Assembly: GCA_963662585.1 (NCBI GenBank)
Contig: OY759729.1
Location: 2,784,001-2,848,000 of the forward strand
Length of the DNA stretch: 64,000 nt
DNA from: Candidatus Cloacimonadales bacterium
GTDB lineage: Bacteria > Cloacimonadota > Cloacimonadia > Cloacimonadales > JAFGVF01
Direction: 5' to 3'
The position numbers were made by a program, and so were the translations under genes. The notes beneath the pieces are model-generated. The model made no database searches. It worked only from the letters and a program-made list of their open reading frames with translations, and was not told the origin of the DNA. Shown piece by piece: positions 10,853-21,476 of the stretch; position 1 is the first letter of the stretch; each line of letters opens with the position of its first letter.

Positions 10853-13049
10853 TTAATTCCCAATCTCAAACCCTAAATTCTTATATGCTCTTCTTCTTTT
10901 GTCGTACATTTTAATCAACTTCTCATAATTTACATCAACATAGTCATACACTTCAACTGAATTTTTATCTTCATGACATCTTACTATTCTCCCAACATAT
11001 TGCTGAAGTGTTCCTTTCCAAGAAATTGGTAAAGTGAGAAATAGAGTGTCAAGTAGAGGAAAGTCAAATCCTTCTCCTATGTATCTGCCAGTAGCAATAA
11101 TTATGAAAGAATCTGAATTATTTAACTCTGCTAAAGTACTCTTAACTAGGACTTTTTCCTGTTTCTTCATATTACCTTTTAGAATAATAATATTATCACA
11201 TGCAGGACTTAATGCTTCATACAGTATATTTAGATGGGAAACTCTTTCTGTTAAAACTAAGATCTTTCTTTTTCGCTTAAATGCCCTAATTACACCACTG
11301 CAAATGAGATGATTTCTTGCAGTATTCTGGGATAAATTAGACATTAAATTCGCTAAGGTAATATTATCTTCAGGAAAGATTGTTCTAATTTCTTGTTTGA
11401 TAACTTTCATTGACTCAAACTGTAATTTAAGATTTGTTCTATATTTAATTGCCCCACACTGCATGAAAATAATGGGATGATGTCCATCTTTCCTAGTAGT
11501 GGTTGCAGTCATCCCTAAGATGAATTTAGCTCTTGATTTCTTAAGTATTTTCTCAAAAGTATAAGCTGCGATATGATGACACTCATCGATTATTATCTGT
11601 CCATATTGGTCAATTCTCTCCATTGATAAGTTTTTAAGAGTTTGAATCATTGCTATATCAATTTGCAAAGTTTGCTTAGTCTTTGAAACTCCTAAAATTC
11701 CAATATCTGCTCCTTGAGTATAAATAGCAAGTTTCTCTTTCCATTGTTCTAGCAGTTCTTTTCTATGAACTAATATTAAGGTGTTGACTTTCCTCTCTGC
11801 TATAAGTTTAATAGCCAAGATTGTTTTTCCAAATCCAGTTGTGGCTAAGAGAACAGACATTTCATGCTTTGAAATCTCAGTAAAAGCTTCGATTTGATTT
11901 TCTTTCAATGCTCCGATAAATTTACAAGCTATTTTAGTCCCAATATTTCGTTGGTCATCAATAGTATATTTAATGTTTTCAATTTGGAATATATTTAAGA
12001 CATCTTTTAATAATCCTGTTGGAATTGATATCAACTCAGGAAAATTTTCACTACAACTTATGAAACGAGGAATTTTGAAAGTTGATCTCCTACTTGCTTG
12101 AGCAATATAGAATTCAGGATTAGGAAATACTGCCAATTGGATAAGTTTATATAAAATATGCTTAGGTAATCCATGTTTACTAACAAATATTTGATTAGAT
12201 ATGATGATCTTTATTTTTCGATTTTTAGATATTACAGTCTTAGGAAGTTCAATTGTTTTATTCTTTATAATATTCTGAATACCCTTTAGGGACAACTTCT
12301 TGACAGTCGAAAGATATGCCCATTGGTCAGGAAATGGTTTGAATTCTTGGGAGACAAAAACTGAACAGTTATTTAATCTTGCTTTTTTTTGCAGGGGTAA
12401 TGCTATCAGATTCCCAAAACCACCTTCTGGTAAATAATCTTGATTAGGAAACATTCTGTCATAGGAATCTAAATCTAGTAATCGCTCTGTCTTTCTTGTC
12501 TCTGAAATAATAAATGAACCAAGTTTTCGTGCATCTATAGCTGTAATTTCTTCTGAGAAGAATATCCATAGATGTGCTCCATTCCCAGAACGAGAAACCT
12601 CTATTGAAGCTGGTATATCAAGTCTGAGACAGCTAGAATAAACAGCTTCAATATCCTGTTTCCACTGCATTTTATCGAAGTCTATAGCTAGGAAATTACA
12701 ATTATCATTACTCAAGATAGGGTATATGCCAATAACAATTCTACCTGCTAAATGGTCATAAATAACTTTATTTTCTATAGTCTGAAGATCTCTATTTTTG
12801 CATATACTACATTTTATCTTAGGTAAATTACATTTAGCTTTATTCCATCTGTTCAGACAAACTGGAGAATACCCTGATTTGTTGTTACTTTCCCATCTTT
12901 GAGCAAACAAATCTTCCCGTCCTTTGAACAATGACCTGAATAGGGTGATTTTAGAGTTTGTTGTACTGCGATTGGTTATAATTATTTCGGGATTTATGTC
13001 TGAAACTACCTCTTCTTCTGAAATACCTAACAGTTTTCTGAGTAATTGA
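10853..13049 (-). pseudogene. AEP primase-like (TOTE-type) domain plus SF2 DEAD/ResIII helicase; 3' part of a gene interrupted by the prophage
   Basis: FLAIDFD, EVSRSGNGAHLWIFF, DRMFPNQD..GGFGNLIALPLQ; TGFGKT, DECHH, QYVGRIVR; frame stays open from 12931 up to the prophage end. Confidence 0.85.
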
Positions 13050-13456
13050 TAAAAAGTGACACCCTTGATAGCCAGGAGGTGGAAGAATGCTTAAATTAGA
13101 CAAATGGCTTATTAATGGGCTTTATAGGGTGGACATGAGTGAAAAAGCGAGTTTGCCACTTTTGTAAAAGCTTGTAGATTGCTTGTAAAAGCTTGTTAGT
13201 TTTGCGTTAATTTTGAAAGTATTAAATAACAGTAGGTTAGGATATTTGTAGGCTTTGAATTAAACCGAGAGTAAAACAAATTTTGGAAAATGAAAATATG
13301 AAAAGTGAAAAAGCGTTTTGCAAAAGCGTTGTGATAGAAAAAAAGTGACAACAACATTGCCACTTTGAAAAACCGACCTGAAAGCCACTAATAATAAGAA
13401 AAACTTACAGTTTATTTTGATTTAAAAAGTGACAGCAAGGTTGCCACTTTGAAAAA
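13050..13456 (+). repeat. Left-end putative transposase-binding repeats (AAAAGTGACA-N6-TTGCCACTTT)
   Basis: Copies at 13051 (variant), about 13153 (half), 13341-13371 and 13425-13455; inverted copies at the right end. Confidence 0.8.
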
Positions 13457-13531
13457 GCGTTTTAAAAAAATAACAGCACTTTTACCTAAATGAGAAAGCG
13501 TTTTTTGTAAAAGTGCTGATAAAATTATATT

Positions 13532-14080
13532 CTAATCATTAATTCTCTTGATAGCAAATCCAGATATCTCATAATAGTATTGATTAACACCTGAAGTTCT
13601 TTGATAATCATCTTGTTCTAAAACAAAAGAAGATACCCTGATATTAATAATTGCATCAGCACCTTTAGCTTTTGCTTCTTTAACTAAGAGGTCCATAGCC
13701 TCTTGAAGATTTGCATGTACAATTATAGTGCTCCAGTATGTTTGCTTTTCATAAACAATGTTATCTTTATCAATATCTGCTAGTTTTTTTCTAAGCACTA
13801 CTCCATCAGATATTCTGAGTATTCTATTTGCTTGGTATGTTTGAAGCATTTTAGGACTCTCAAAAATACTGTCCTTGCAATAAGCATTTACTAGTCCTAT
13901 GGGAATATACTCATTTTCATAACTCATAGGTGTAACAAATACTCCTTTCTCCATATACTTTTCAAAATCAAGAAATGTTATAATTTCATAGCCTGGATTT
14001 GAATAAGTACTGCAACCACTGATCATAATCAAGGTAATCACTATAAGAACATAACCAACCACTTTTCTTAAAATAAACAT
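13532..14080 (-). CDS. Phage lipoprotein, YbjQ-like (possible superinfection exclusion)
   Basis: Lipobox ISGC; LVKEAKAKGADAIINIR..ISGFAIK; downstream of the repressor. Confidence 0.6.
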   Translation of the reverse strand: MFILRKVVGYVLIVITLIMISGCSTYSNPGYEIITFLDFEKYMEKGVFVTPMSYENEYIPIGLVNAYCKDSIFESPKMLQTYQANRILRISDGVVLRKKLADIDKDNIVYEKQTYWSTIIVHANLQEAMDLLVKEAKAKGADAIINIRVSSFVLEQDDYQRTSGVNQYYYEISGFAIKRIND

Positions 14081-14107
14081 ACTACCTCCTAATTATTGAT
14101 ATATTTA

Positions 14108-14839
14108 TTATTTATAAGATCTAATCGAATACTCAAGTACCCCTAATATATTTATCGTAGAATATTGATTAATTAAGATAGGTTTGTAGTCATCATTGAT
14201 AGGCATTAACCAGGAGCATTTATTATCATGATCTAGCTTAAGTAGTTTAAGAGTGATACCATCATCAATTCTGATAGCTACTATCCTGTTATCCATATCA
14301 TCATAATCATAGAATTTATTAATGATCACAACATCGCTGTGTTGTATCTCTGGGCTCATGCTCCATCCGTTTACTCTGAAGCAATAGAAGTTATCAGGAT
14401 CACTTATAAGCTCAGTTGATACAATGATATTGCCTAAATCACTCATGTCTGCAACTTCAAAAGGATTACCAGCTGCTATCTCCCCCACTATGGGAAGTGA
14501 AACTACAGAACTATTAACTTGTGATTTATTGGATTGTTTAACTTCAACTTTTGAATTGGATTTACCAAGTTCAATATATTGTTTTAGCTTATCTGCGTTT
14601 AGCTCTGTTTTAGGTTTTTTATTACCTTGCTCCATAAACATAAAACCTTTACCAGTGATAAGCCAATCCGTACTGATATTATAACAATTCCGCATATTTT
14701 CTAATAAACTGATAGGTGGTTCATGAACTCCAGATTCATATCTGCTATAATTAGATTGGGTTAAATTGATGCTTTTTGCAAAATCAGTCTGATTTAAACC
14801 AATTTTTTTTCTTACCTCTTTTAGCCTGTCTTTCAGCAA
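14108..14839 (-). CDS. Phage CI/LexA-like repressor (HTH_XRE plus S24 peptidase)
   Basis: RLKEVRKKIGLNQTDFA..YSRYESG; GEIAAG cleavage site; FRVNGWSMSP; TLK. Confidence 0.9.
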   Translation of the reverse strand: MLKDRLKEVRKKIGLNQTDFAKSINLTQSNYSRYESGVHEPPISLLENMRNCYNISTDWLITGKGFMFMEQGNKKPKTELNADKLKQYIELGKSNSKVEVKQSNKSQVNSSVVSLPIVGEIAAGNPFEVADMSDLGNIIVSTELISDPDNFYCFRVNGWSMSPEIQHSDVVIINKFYDYDDMDNRIVAIRIDDGITLKLLKLDHDNKCSWLMPINDDYKPILINQYSTINILGVLEYSIRSYK

Positions 14840-14871
14840 CTTACACCACCTGTTATTTTATTTTATATCAA

Positions 14872-14915
14872 TATCGCATAATTTCTATTGACACTTATGC
14901 GATAACGCATATTAT
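14872..14915 (+). promoter_or_regulatory. Early promoter overlapped by a putative operator
   Basis: TTGACA 14888-14893 and TATTAT 14910-14915; inverted tatcgcataa / ttatgcgata around the -35. Confidence 0.55.
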
Positions 14916-14972
14916 TGGCACATCTAATGACAGATAAGAATAAAACATTAAAATAGTCAAGAAAAAATAATA

Positions 14973-15260
14973 ATGGGAGAAAAAGAGATGCACTTAGAAG
15001 CAAAAGAAATCAGAGCTGCAATGACTGCTAACAGTATTAATAGCGAGAATCTTTTGGATTATGTTAATGAGAAAACAGGTTTAGATATTTCCTTAAATTA
15101 TTTAAACAGAATAATCTCAGGCAATAGAAAAAATCAAAAGGTTGAAAAGGCAATTGAAGATTTATTCGGTCCTTGGGTTCAGGGGGCAATAAGAAGTAAT
15201 AACCAGATACAATTTAATGATATTCAATCAGATAAGGAGAGTAGAGATGCTAGATTATAA
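14973..15260 (+). CDS. Ner/Cro-like small regulator
   Basis: First gene divergent from the repressor; YLNRIISGNRKN HTH-like. Confidence 0.55.
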   Translation: MGEKEMHLEAKEIRAAMTANSINSENLLDYVNEKTGLDISLNYLNRIISGNRKNQKVEKAIEDLFGPWVQGAIRSNNQIQFNDIQSDKESRDARL

Positions 15261-15657
15261 TGCAAGTGAATATAACAATGGCAATAAGAAGACAATCGTT
15301 AATGGTATGTTAAGAGAGTATTACCATGAAAGAGGGTGTATATTTGTAATGATTGTTGATTATACATTTTTAGACGGTGGTTTCTTAGCTATCAAAAGAG
15401 TTCAGATGATGGAATGTTTAGATGAAGAAGATGCTTATAATGAAATCTGTAAGGTAACTACATTCTTACATTTAGATTCAGTTAAATTTTATTTATGGAG
15501 ATTAAACGAGTATCAGAGTGCTATTGTTAACTCACCTTACCCAACAACAACTGCCTGCTTGATGTTAAAAGGTCCTGTTACAACTGAGAAGATTGATGCT
15601 ATTAGACAATTTTTAAAAAGTCACAAACTCAAGTTTGAAAAATCACAACTGATATAA
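15247..15657 (+). CDS. Phage hypothetical protein
   Basis: AGGAG RBS before ATG 15247. Confidence 0.55.
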   Translation: MLDYNASEYNNGNKKTIVNGMLREYYHERGCIFVMIVDYTFLDGGFLAIKRVQMMECLDEEDAYNEICKVTTFLHLDSVKFYLWRLNEYQSAIVNSPYPTTTACLMLKGPVTTEKIDAIRQFLKSHKLKFEKSQLI

Positions 15658-15673
15658 CCATAAGGAGTAAGCC

Positions 15674-15892
15674 ATGATAACAGCCATAGTAATATTATCA
15701 ATAATTGTAGTGTTGTTAGTTATGCATGACATAGCTGGTATAGGTAAAGCATCGGATTTAGAGAGTAAGAACTTCGAGCTTAAAGCTAGTAATTATAGCT
15801 TAGAGAAGAAGAACAAGGACCTTAAGAATAAGCTTAGCTTAGTAAATCAGAACCTAAAGAGCCTAAAAGGCATTAGACAGAGATGTTCATAG
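15674..15892 (+). CDS. Small membrane-anchored coiled-coil protein
   Basis: AGGAG RBS; N-terminal hydrophobic helix. Confidence 0.55.
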   Translation: MITAIVILSIIVVLLVMHDIAGIGKASDLESKNFELKASNYSLEKKNKDLKNKLSLVNQNLKSLKGIRQRCS

Positions 15893-15950
15893 CCAATGGG
15901 GCTTTTAGTAGCCCCACTACTATGAATATTAATAATTCTTTAAGGATTAA

Positions 15951-18374
15951 ATGGAGTTAATTATGTGGTTAACAGTAAAAGAAGTGGCTGATAGGCTTGG
16001 AATTAGTACCAAGACTGTTAGAAGAAGATTAAAGAAAGGTGAATGGGAATTTAAGGAAGAACAAATTGGAGCAGGTAAACCTACAATTCTAATTTTAATC
16101 TCTGATACTAATAATAGTTCTAAATTGGACACCTCTAAATTGGACACCTCTAAATTGGACACCTCTAAATTGGACACCTCTAAATTGGACACTCCTAAAT
16201 TGGACACTCCTAAATTGGACACTCCTAAATTGGACACTCCTAAATTGGACACTTCTGATCATGTTGACAAACATAAACCACAGAAAAAAGCAGATAATGT
16301 TAAAAAGAAGAAGCAGACCGTAGTTCCTCCTGAAGGAGGAAAGCGGATGTGGTCATCCGCTCTCCCAGTTAGTAAGAGGGGAAATGAAGAGAATCTGCAA
16401 GCTGGAAACTTACAGTCCATAGAAGGTATAATGGCTAAGTATGAAGTAAGCAGGAGTAAAGCTTACAGGATAGCTAAGAAGGAAGGCTGGGAAGTTATTA
16501 AGTCTGCTATTCCTGGTGGAGGCACAAAAAACTTATACTTAGTTCCGAGTTCTAAAGAGATAGCACCATGTATTGAAGCAGGAGTGGTTGAGTATGATAA
16601 TACTATACCTGATTTAGAGGAGCAGGTCCCTGTTCCTGAAGATGAATTACAGAGAGCTCAGTTAAAAGCAGATTTGTGTGAGGAGATATTGAATGAGTAT
16701 GATAGGTGTGGCAGTAAGTTAAAAGCTATCAAGAGTATTAATTCAGTATATAACACAGGTTTGTTTTCACCTAAGCTTTATGAATTAGAAGGTAAGAAGG
16801 GCGAAAGGACCATGCGTTCTTGGCTTGATGTATATCTTGATAGTGATAAGGATTTCAAGAGCTTAGTTAGGCTAAACAGAGCTTCTGAAAGTAGCATTGC
16901 CAGTGAGACTGAGCAAGACTTCTTACTTAATCTACTGCTTAATGATAACAAGATCAAGATAGGATCTGCTATTAGGAAGCTTAAACAGATGGCAAGAGCA
17001 GGTAAGATTGAATCCAGGACTAGTGAGAGATCACTAAGAAGATGGGTTGAATCCTGGAGAGATAGCAATATTCAGGAGTGGAACACTTTAAGATATGGAG
17101 TTAAGCATCTAAGAGATAGAGGTATAATGACATTATTAAGGAGTGAAAGCTTGAATGTTGGTGATGTACTGGTAGCTGATGGTCATATATTGTCCTTTGA
17201 TATTATTGATCCATTAACTGGTAAGGCTAAGAGAATGATGCTGATATTATTCTTTGATTGGGCTTCCAGGTATCCAGTTGGAGCATCTTTAGCTAATACA
17301 GAAGATTCTGAGCATATCTCTTTAGCTTTGAGAAATTCCATAGTTAATATGGGCTACAAACCTAAGAGTGTTTACTTAGATAATGGTAGAGCTTTTAGAA
17401 GCAGGTTATTCCATGAGAAGTGGGAGGACCATGATTTAAGCAATGAATTAGCAGGTATTTATCCTCGCTTAGGAATTGATGTTACTTTTGCAAAGCCTTA
17501 TAATGCCAGGGCTAAGGTGATTGAGAGATTCTTTAAGACAATGCAAGAGGATTTTGAAAGGTTTATTGATACTTTCAGAGGTTCAGGTATTGGAGATAAA
17601 CCTGCTTACTTAATGAGGAATGAGAAGTGGATCAAGAAGCTTAGAGAAAGACAGCCATTAACAGTAGAACAAGCTAAGTATATGATGGCAGTTTATTTTC
17701 AAGAAATGTATGGAATGACTCCACATGCAGGCTTAAATGGTCAAAAGCCTTATGAGGTATTTAAGAGTTTTAAAGCTCCTAGGAAGCGTCAAATAAGCCT
17801 ATCTGAGCTTAACTTTATGATGCTTAAGAATGAAAGCAGGAATATAAGGAATAATGGCATACAGTTTGGAAATGTGCTTTATTACCATGATAATCTGATA
17901 GGTATGCTGGGAAGTAAGGTTAATATCAGATATGACATTATGGATATGAGATCTATTCTGATTTATGATCAAAAAGACAGGTTTGTCTGCCAGGCTTATG
18001 CAAGAACAACTACTCATCCATTTGTTAAATTGGCTGAAGATAAGGCTACTTCTGAAAAACAACTTAAAAAGCAATTAGCTTATCAACACAGATTAGAAAA
18101 GGATATCAAGGCTAAGAGTAACATCATTAGGAAGCAGGTTGATGAGAGAGTAGCTGAGTTTAAAATGCCTGAGTTAAGCACTAAAAAATCAAGCTTTAAT
18201 GATAGTGGGTTTATTGAAGCCCCTAAATCCCCTGAAGGGGACTTTGAGAAGAAGAGGATTGAAACCACCCCGTCAGTGGAATACACTGCCACCCCTCCAC
18301 AGAGGGGAATGAAAAGTGATGAAGAAGAAGCTTTAGAGAAGTTAAATAAGTTATTCAAGAATACAGGGTTATAA
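15951..18374 (+). CDS. Mu-like DDE transposase (MuA equivalent) with N-terminal HTH
   Basis: LTVKEVADRLGIS; VADGH, YLDNGRAF, AKVIERFFKT; Mu-transposase C-terminal IRYDIMDMRSILIYD. Confidence 0.92.
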   Translation: MELIMWLTVKEVADRLGISTKTVRRRLKKGEWEFKEEQIGAGKPTILILISDTNNSSKLDTSKLDTSKLDTSKLDTSKLDTPKLDTPKLDTPKLDTPKLDTSDHVDKHKPQKKADNVKKKKQTVVPPEGGKRMWSSALPVSKRGNEENLQAGNLQSIEGIMAKYEVSRSKAYRIAKKEGWEVIKSAIPGGGTKNLYLVPSSKEIAPCIEAGVVEYDNTIPDLEEQVPVPEDELQRAQLKADLCEEILNEYDRCGSKLKAIKSINSVYNTGLFSPKLYELEGKKGERTMRSWLDVYLDSDKDFKSLVRLNRASESSIASETEQDFLLNLLLNDNKIKIGSAIRKLKQMARAGKIESRTSERSLRRWVESWRDSNIQEWNTLRYGVKHLRDRGIMTLLRSESLNVGDVLVADGHILSFDIIDPLTGKAKRMMLILFFDWASRYPVGASLANTEDSEHISLALRNSIVNMGYKPKSVYLDNGRAFRSRLFHEKWEDHDLSNELAGIYPRLGIDVTFAKPYNARAKVIERFFKTMQEDFERFIDTFRGSGIGDKPAYLMRNEKWIKKLRERQPLTVEQAKYMMAVYFQEMYGMTPHAGLNGQKPYEVFKSFKAPRKRQISLSELNFMMLKNESRNIRNNGIQFGNVLYYHDNLIGMLGSKVNIRYDIMDMRSILIYDQKDRFVCQAYARTTTHPFVKLAEDKATSEKQLKKQLAYQHRLEKDIKAKSNIIRKQVDERVAEFKMPELSTKKSSFNDSGFIEAPKSPEGDFEKKRIETTPSVEYTATPPQRGMKSDEEEALEKLNKLFKNTGL
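16121..16255 (+). repeat. Nine tandem 15-bp repeats (taaattggacac+ctc/tcc/ttc) encoding [S/P]KLDT
   Basis: Read directly: 4 x ..acctc, 4 x ..actcc, 1 x ..acttc. Confidence 0.95.
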
Positions 18375-19045
18375 TGATGAAGACTAATAGAGAACTATAT
18401 TTAGAAGCAATGGACCTAATAGGTAAAGAGGTATTGGAAGTTAAGCAAAGAGACTTCCTGCTTAGGTTAATAAATAAGCATAAGAGGGTCAATACTAATT
18501 CTACCCTACAGAGGGTAAATTCAAGGGATATTGAGGAGATTATTCAATATCTTAATAAGTGTACCAGTAAAGAGTTTAGAGCCACAACACCTGAAACTAA
18601 GGCTTTAATCAAGGCAAGAATGAATGAAGGCTTTAGAGTTGATGATTTCAAGAAAGTAATAGATATCAAATGCCAACAATGGCTTAAAGGTGAGCAGTTT
18701 AAATATTTAAGACCTAAGACCTTATTTGGTAGCAAGTTTGAAGGCTACCTACAAGAGTGGATAGTGGATAATAAGAAGAGAATGTATAGAAATCAGGCTG
18801 TAGAAGTTGCCTGCAAGGATGCAAGCCTTCCTAGTAAAGAAGAAGATAAGAAGGCAAGAGAATGGGTTGAGCAAGGTAAGAAGCTACTTTCTCAAGCAAC
18901 TCCACAAGACTGGAAGGACTATCTAGCCCAGGAGAAGTTGTTTAAGAAATTAGCTTTAAGAAAAGGTATTAATGATAACTTAGTTAAGAACTTATATATA
19001 CAATTTTTAAAGAATAAAAAACTAAGAATGGGAGAAAAAAAATGA
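18374..19045 (+). CDS. Conserved phage C-terminal domain protein (Phg_2220_C, replication-initiator-like)
   Basis: IIQYLN..KALIKARMNEGF..DFKKVIDIKCQQW..YLRPKTLFGSKFEGYL. Confidence 0.8.
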   Translation: MMKTNRELYLEAMDLIGKEVLEVKQRDFLLRLINKHKRVNTNSTLQRVNSRDIEEIIQYLNKCTSKEFRATTPETKALIKARMNEGFRVDDFKKVIDIKCQQWLKGEQFKYLRPKTLFGSKFEGYLQEWIVDNKKRMYRNQAVEVACKDASLPSKEEDKKAREWVEQGKKLLSQATPQDWKDYLAQEKLFKKLALRKGINDNLVKNLYIQFLKNKKLRMGEKK

Positions 19046-19764
19046 AACAGTTAGCAATGAGTACTACAAAGAATGTTGTTAATGGGCAAAAGATGATTCA
19101 GTATTTGTTAAACAGACCTAAAACTGAGATGGTTGGACTTGGAATGATCTATGGTCAGCCTGGTTTAGGTAAAAGCAGATTTGCTAAACAGCAAGCTATT
19201 ATGAATGATTATGTTTATCTAAGATTAGAGGCAAGTATGGCTCCAAAAAGCTTTTTAATACGCTTATTAGAGGCTATAAAAACTCACTTAGGAATGTCTA
19301 AAACTTCTATTTATGGTAGCACAAATGATATTTACCACAGGATTTTAGATATTCTAAAGAGCTATGATAACTTAGTGATCATAATTGATGAGATTGATTA
19401 TGCCTTTGATAATAAGAAGATACTGGGCTCAATCAGAGATATTGTAGATCAGACACTATGTGTGATTATATTAGTGGGTATGAGTGATGCCAGAGAGAGG
19501 TTACTAATGGCTGATGCTCACTATTTTGATAGATGTAATTACTTCTGTGAGTTCCAGGAGATAAGTGAAGATGATATCAGGCTTTTATGTAATGAAATAC
19601 CTGATGTAAAAATTGAAGATAAGATAGTCAGCTTCCTTAGAAAGGTAACTAAAGGTAACCTAAGAAAACTAATGAAAGCTCTTTATTCAATTGAAACAAC
19701 TTCTAAGGCTTATGATATTTCAGAATTTACAGTAGAACAATTAAAACTTATAGAAATTAGTTAA
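19042..19764 (+). CDS. MuB-like AAA ATPase
   Basis: Walker A GQPGLGKS, Walker B IIIDEID, ILVGM, GNLRKL. Confidence 0.88.
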   Translation: MKQLAMSTTKNVVNGQKMIQYLLNRPKTEMVGLGMIYGQPGLGKSRFAKQQAIMNDYVYLRLEASMAPKSFLIRLLEAIKTHLGMSKTSIYGSTNDIYHRILDILKSYDNLVIIIDEIDYAFDNKKILGSIRDIVDQTLCVIILVGMSDARERLLMADAHYFDRCNYFCEFQEISEDDIRLLCNEIPDVKIEDKIVSFLRKVTKGNLRKLMKALYSIETTSKAYDISEFTVEQLKLIEIS

Positions 19765-19776
19765 TAAAGGTGAGTA

Positions 19777-20262
19777 ATGGTATCAGCAAGAAAACAGATT
19801 AAAAATTATATAGATTATGCAGATAAACCTTTTACTTCAGGTATGATAAGAGATGATCTGCAGATTAACTTCATATTAGTAAAGCGAATTATTGCTACTA
19901 TGGTTCAGAGCAAGTACATCAAAGCTGTGAGTAAAACAGGGAAATTTAAGATTTATGTGAAGAATCCTGAGTTTAAAGAAGATAATATCAGGAATAAATA
20001 TGGGTATAATTATCAGACAATAAGTGAAATTATAAAGCTCATAAAACAAGATAATATCAAAAGTTCAAGACAGTTACATAATATAACCAATCATTCAAGA
20101 GGATTAATTAGAAGATATTTAACAGCTCTATTATCAGGTGGTTATATAGCTTTTAATGATAATCATTTTATTGTAACTAAGAAGAGATTAATAAGCGATT
20201 TGGTAGGTAAAGAATATCATGATGGCATTTTAAGTGAATGCAAGAGGAGAAGCAATGACTAA
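19777..20262 (+). CDS. Phage hypothetical protein, possible winged helix
   Basis: Basic ORF in the early operon. Confidence 0.55.
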   Translation: MVSARKQIKNYIDYADKPFTSGMIRDDLQINFILVKRIIATMVQSKYIKAVSKTGKFKIYVKNPEFKEDNIRNKYGYNYQTISEIIKLIKQDNIKSSRQLHNITNHSRGLIRRYLTALLSGGYIAFNDNHFIVTKKRLISDLVGKEYHDGILSECKRRSND

Positions 20263-20866
20263 GAAAAAGGTATCTTGTAGTGTTTTATACGATGCACAAG
20301 GCAGAGAATATCCAACTAAAATATTGGATAAGCAGATAGTGAAAAGAGATAAGATGGTAACTAAGCTTCTTAAAAAAGCTAAGGCTTTGAATGAGAAGAT
20401 AGCTAAAGAAAAGGCTAAAATGGTGGCTGAGATTGAAGATTACTTAGCTGATACAGCAGAGCAATATGGTGAGAACTGGAAGGGCAATGCTGAGCTACTT
20501 TCCTTTGATGGAAGTTCTAAGATCGAAGTTAAGTATAAGGAGAGAATCCAGTTTACTGAGAAGCTTCAGATAGCTAAGCAGAAGATTGATGACTGTCTGA
20601 TCAGATGGAGTGAGGATTCTAATATTAATCTTCAAGCTGTTATTAGAGAGGCTTTTCAGGTAGATAAGAAAGGCGAAGTTGCTAAAGGTAGAATATTATC
20701 ACTAAGAAAATACAACATCAAAGATAAAGAGTGGAAACTGGCAATGGACCTGATTAATGAAGCTATTGAAGTTACTTCTACAAAGCAGTATATAGCTTTT
20801 TATGAGAGAGAAGATATTAATAAATCGTTTAACCTGATCACCTTAAACTTCAGTTCGATTGAATAG
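20255..20866 (+). CDS. DUF3164 family protein of Mu-like phages
   Basis: AEQYG..KGNAELLSFDG..AKQKIDDCL..AFQVDKKG..SKQYIAFYER-like motif. Confidence 0.8.
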   Translation: MTKKKVSCSVLYDAQGREYPTKILDKQIVKRDKMVTKLLKKAKALNEKIAKEKAKMVAEIEDYLADTAEQYGENWKGNAELLSFDGSSKIEVKYKERIQFTEKLQIAKQKIDDCLIRWSEDSNINLQAVIREAFQVDKKGEVAKGRILSLRKYNIKDKEWKLAMDLINEAIEVTSTKQYIAFYEREDINKSFNLITLNFSSIE

Positions 20867-21122
20867 TTTAAGTTATAAAATGAAAGTTGCTATATCTTTA
20901 TTCAAACTCGGCACTGCGATGTGTTAAAACACACCTTTGCTTGAGTTTGAATAAACCTATTAGCAATCTCTTTTTGTAAAAAGAGACCAAAAACTAAGAA
21001 TAATGAAGTCACAGAAGGGGAATTTATGGCGGAGAGAATCTCCACCTTCCGACTGAAGAGGCAGGAGTTCCCAGTAAGAGTGTTGCAAGAGTGTACAAGC
21101 TGATTTGACAGAGGGAGATAGA

Positions 21123-21338
21123 ATGACCAAAGTAGTATTTGATGATAAGAAATTTTATACACCAACAAGAGTTGCTGAACTATTATCAGTTAACAGATGT
21201 ACTGTTTATAGAATGATTAGAAGTATAGATGAGCCATTGCCAGCTGTAAGGCTTAAAGGTAATGGACAGCTTAGAATAAGTGGATTAGAACTTAATAAGT
21301 ATTTAGAAGAGCATGAGGTTGATCCACTTAATGAATAA
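21123..21338 (+). CDS. Excisionase-like HTH_17 DNA-binding protein
   Basis: YTPTRVAELLSVNRCTVYRMI..LPAVRL..LRI. Confidence 0.75.
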   Translation: MTKVVFDDKKFYTPTRVAELLSVNRCTVYRMIRSIDEPLPAVRLKGNGQLRISGLELNKYLEEHEVDPLNE

Positions 21339-21476
21339 GAGTGGAAGTGAAAAATTGAGGTATCGCTTTGCGATGATATTTGAAGTGCGGACAGGATGTC
21401 CACATTCCCAGTTAATAGAAGAACCACCCCCTGTGTCCCCCTCGCTGAGGGGGATGAAGAGGATTTAGGAGAAATT

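Noticed and set aside
15947..16252. Antisense ORF with VSNL repeats, and other short shadow ORFs
   Set aside because: Antisense or alternate-frame products of real genes or repeats
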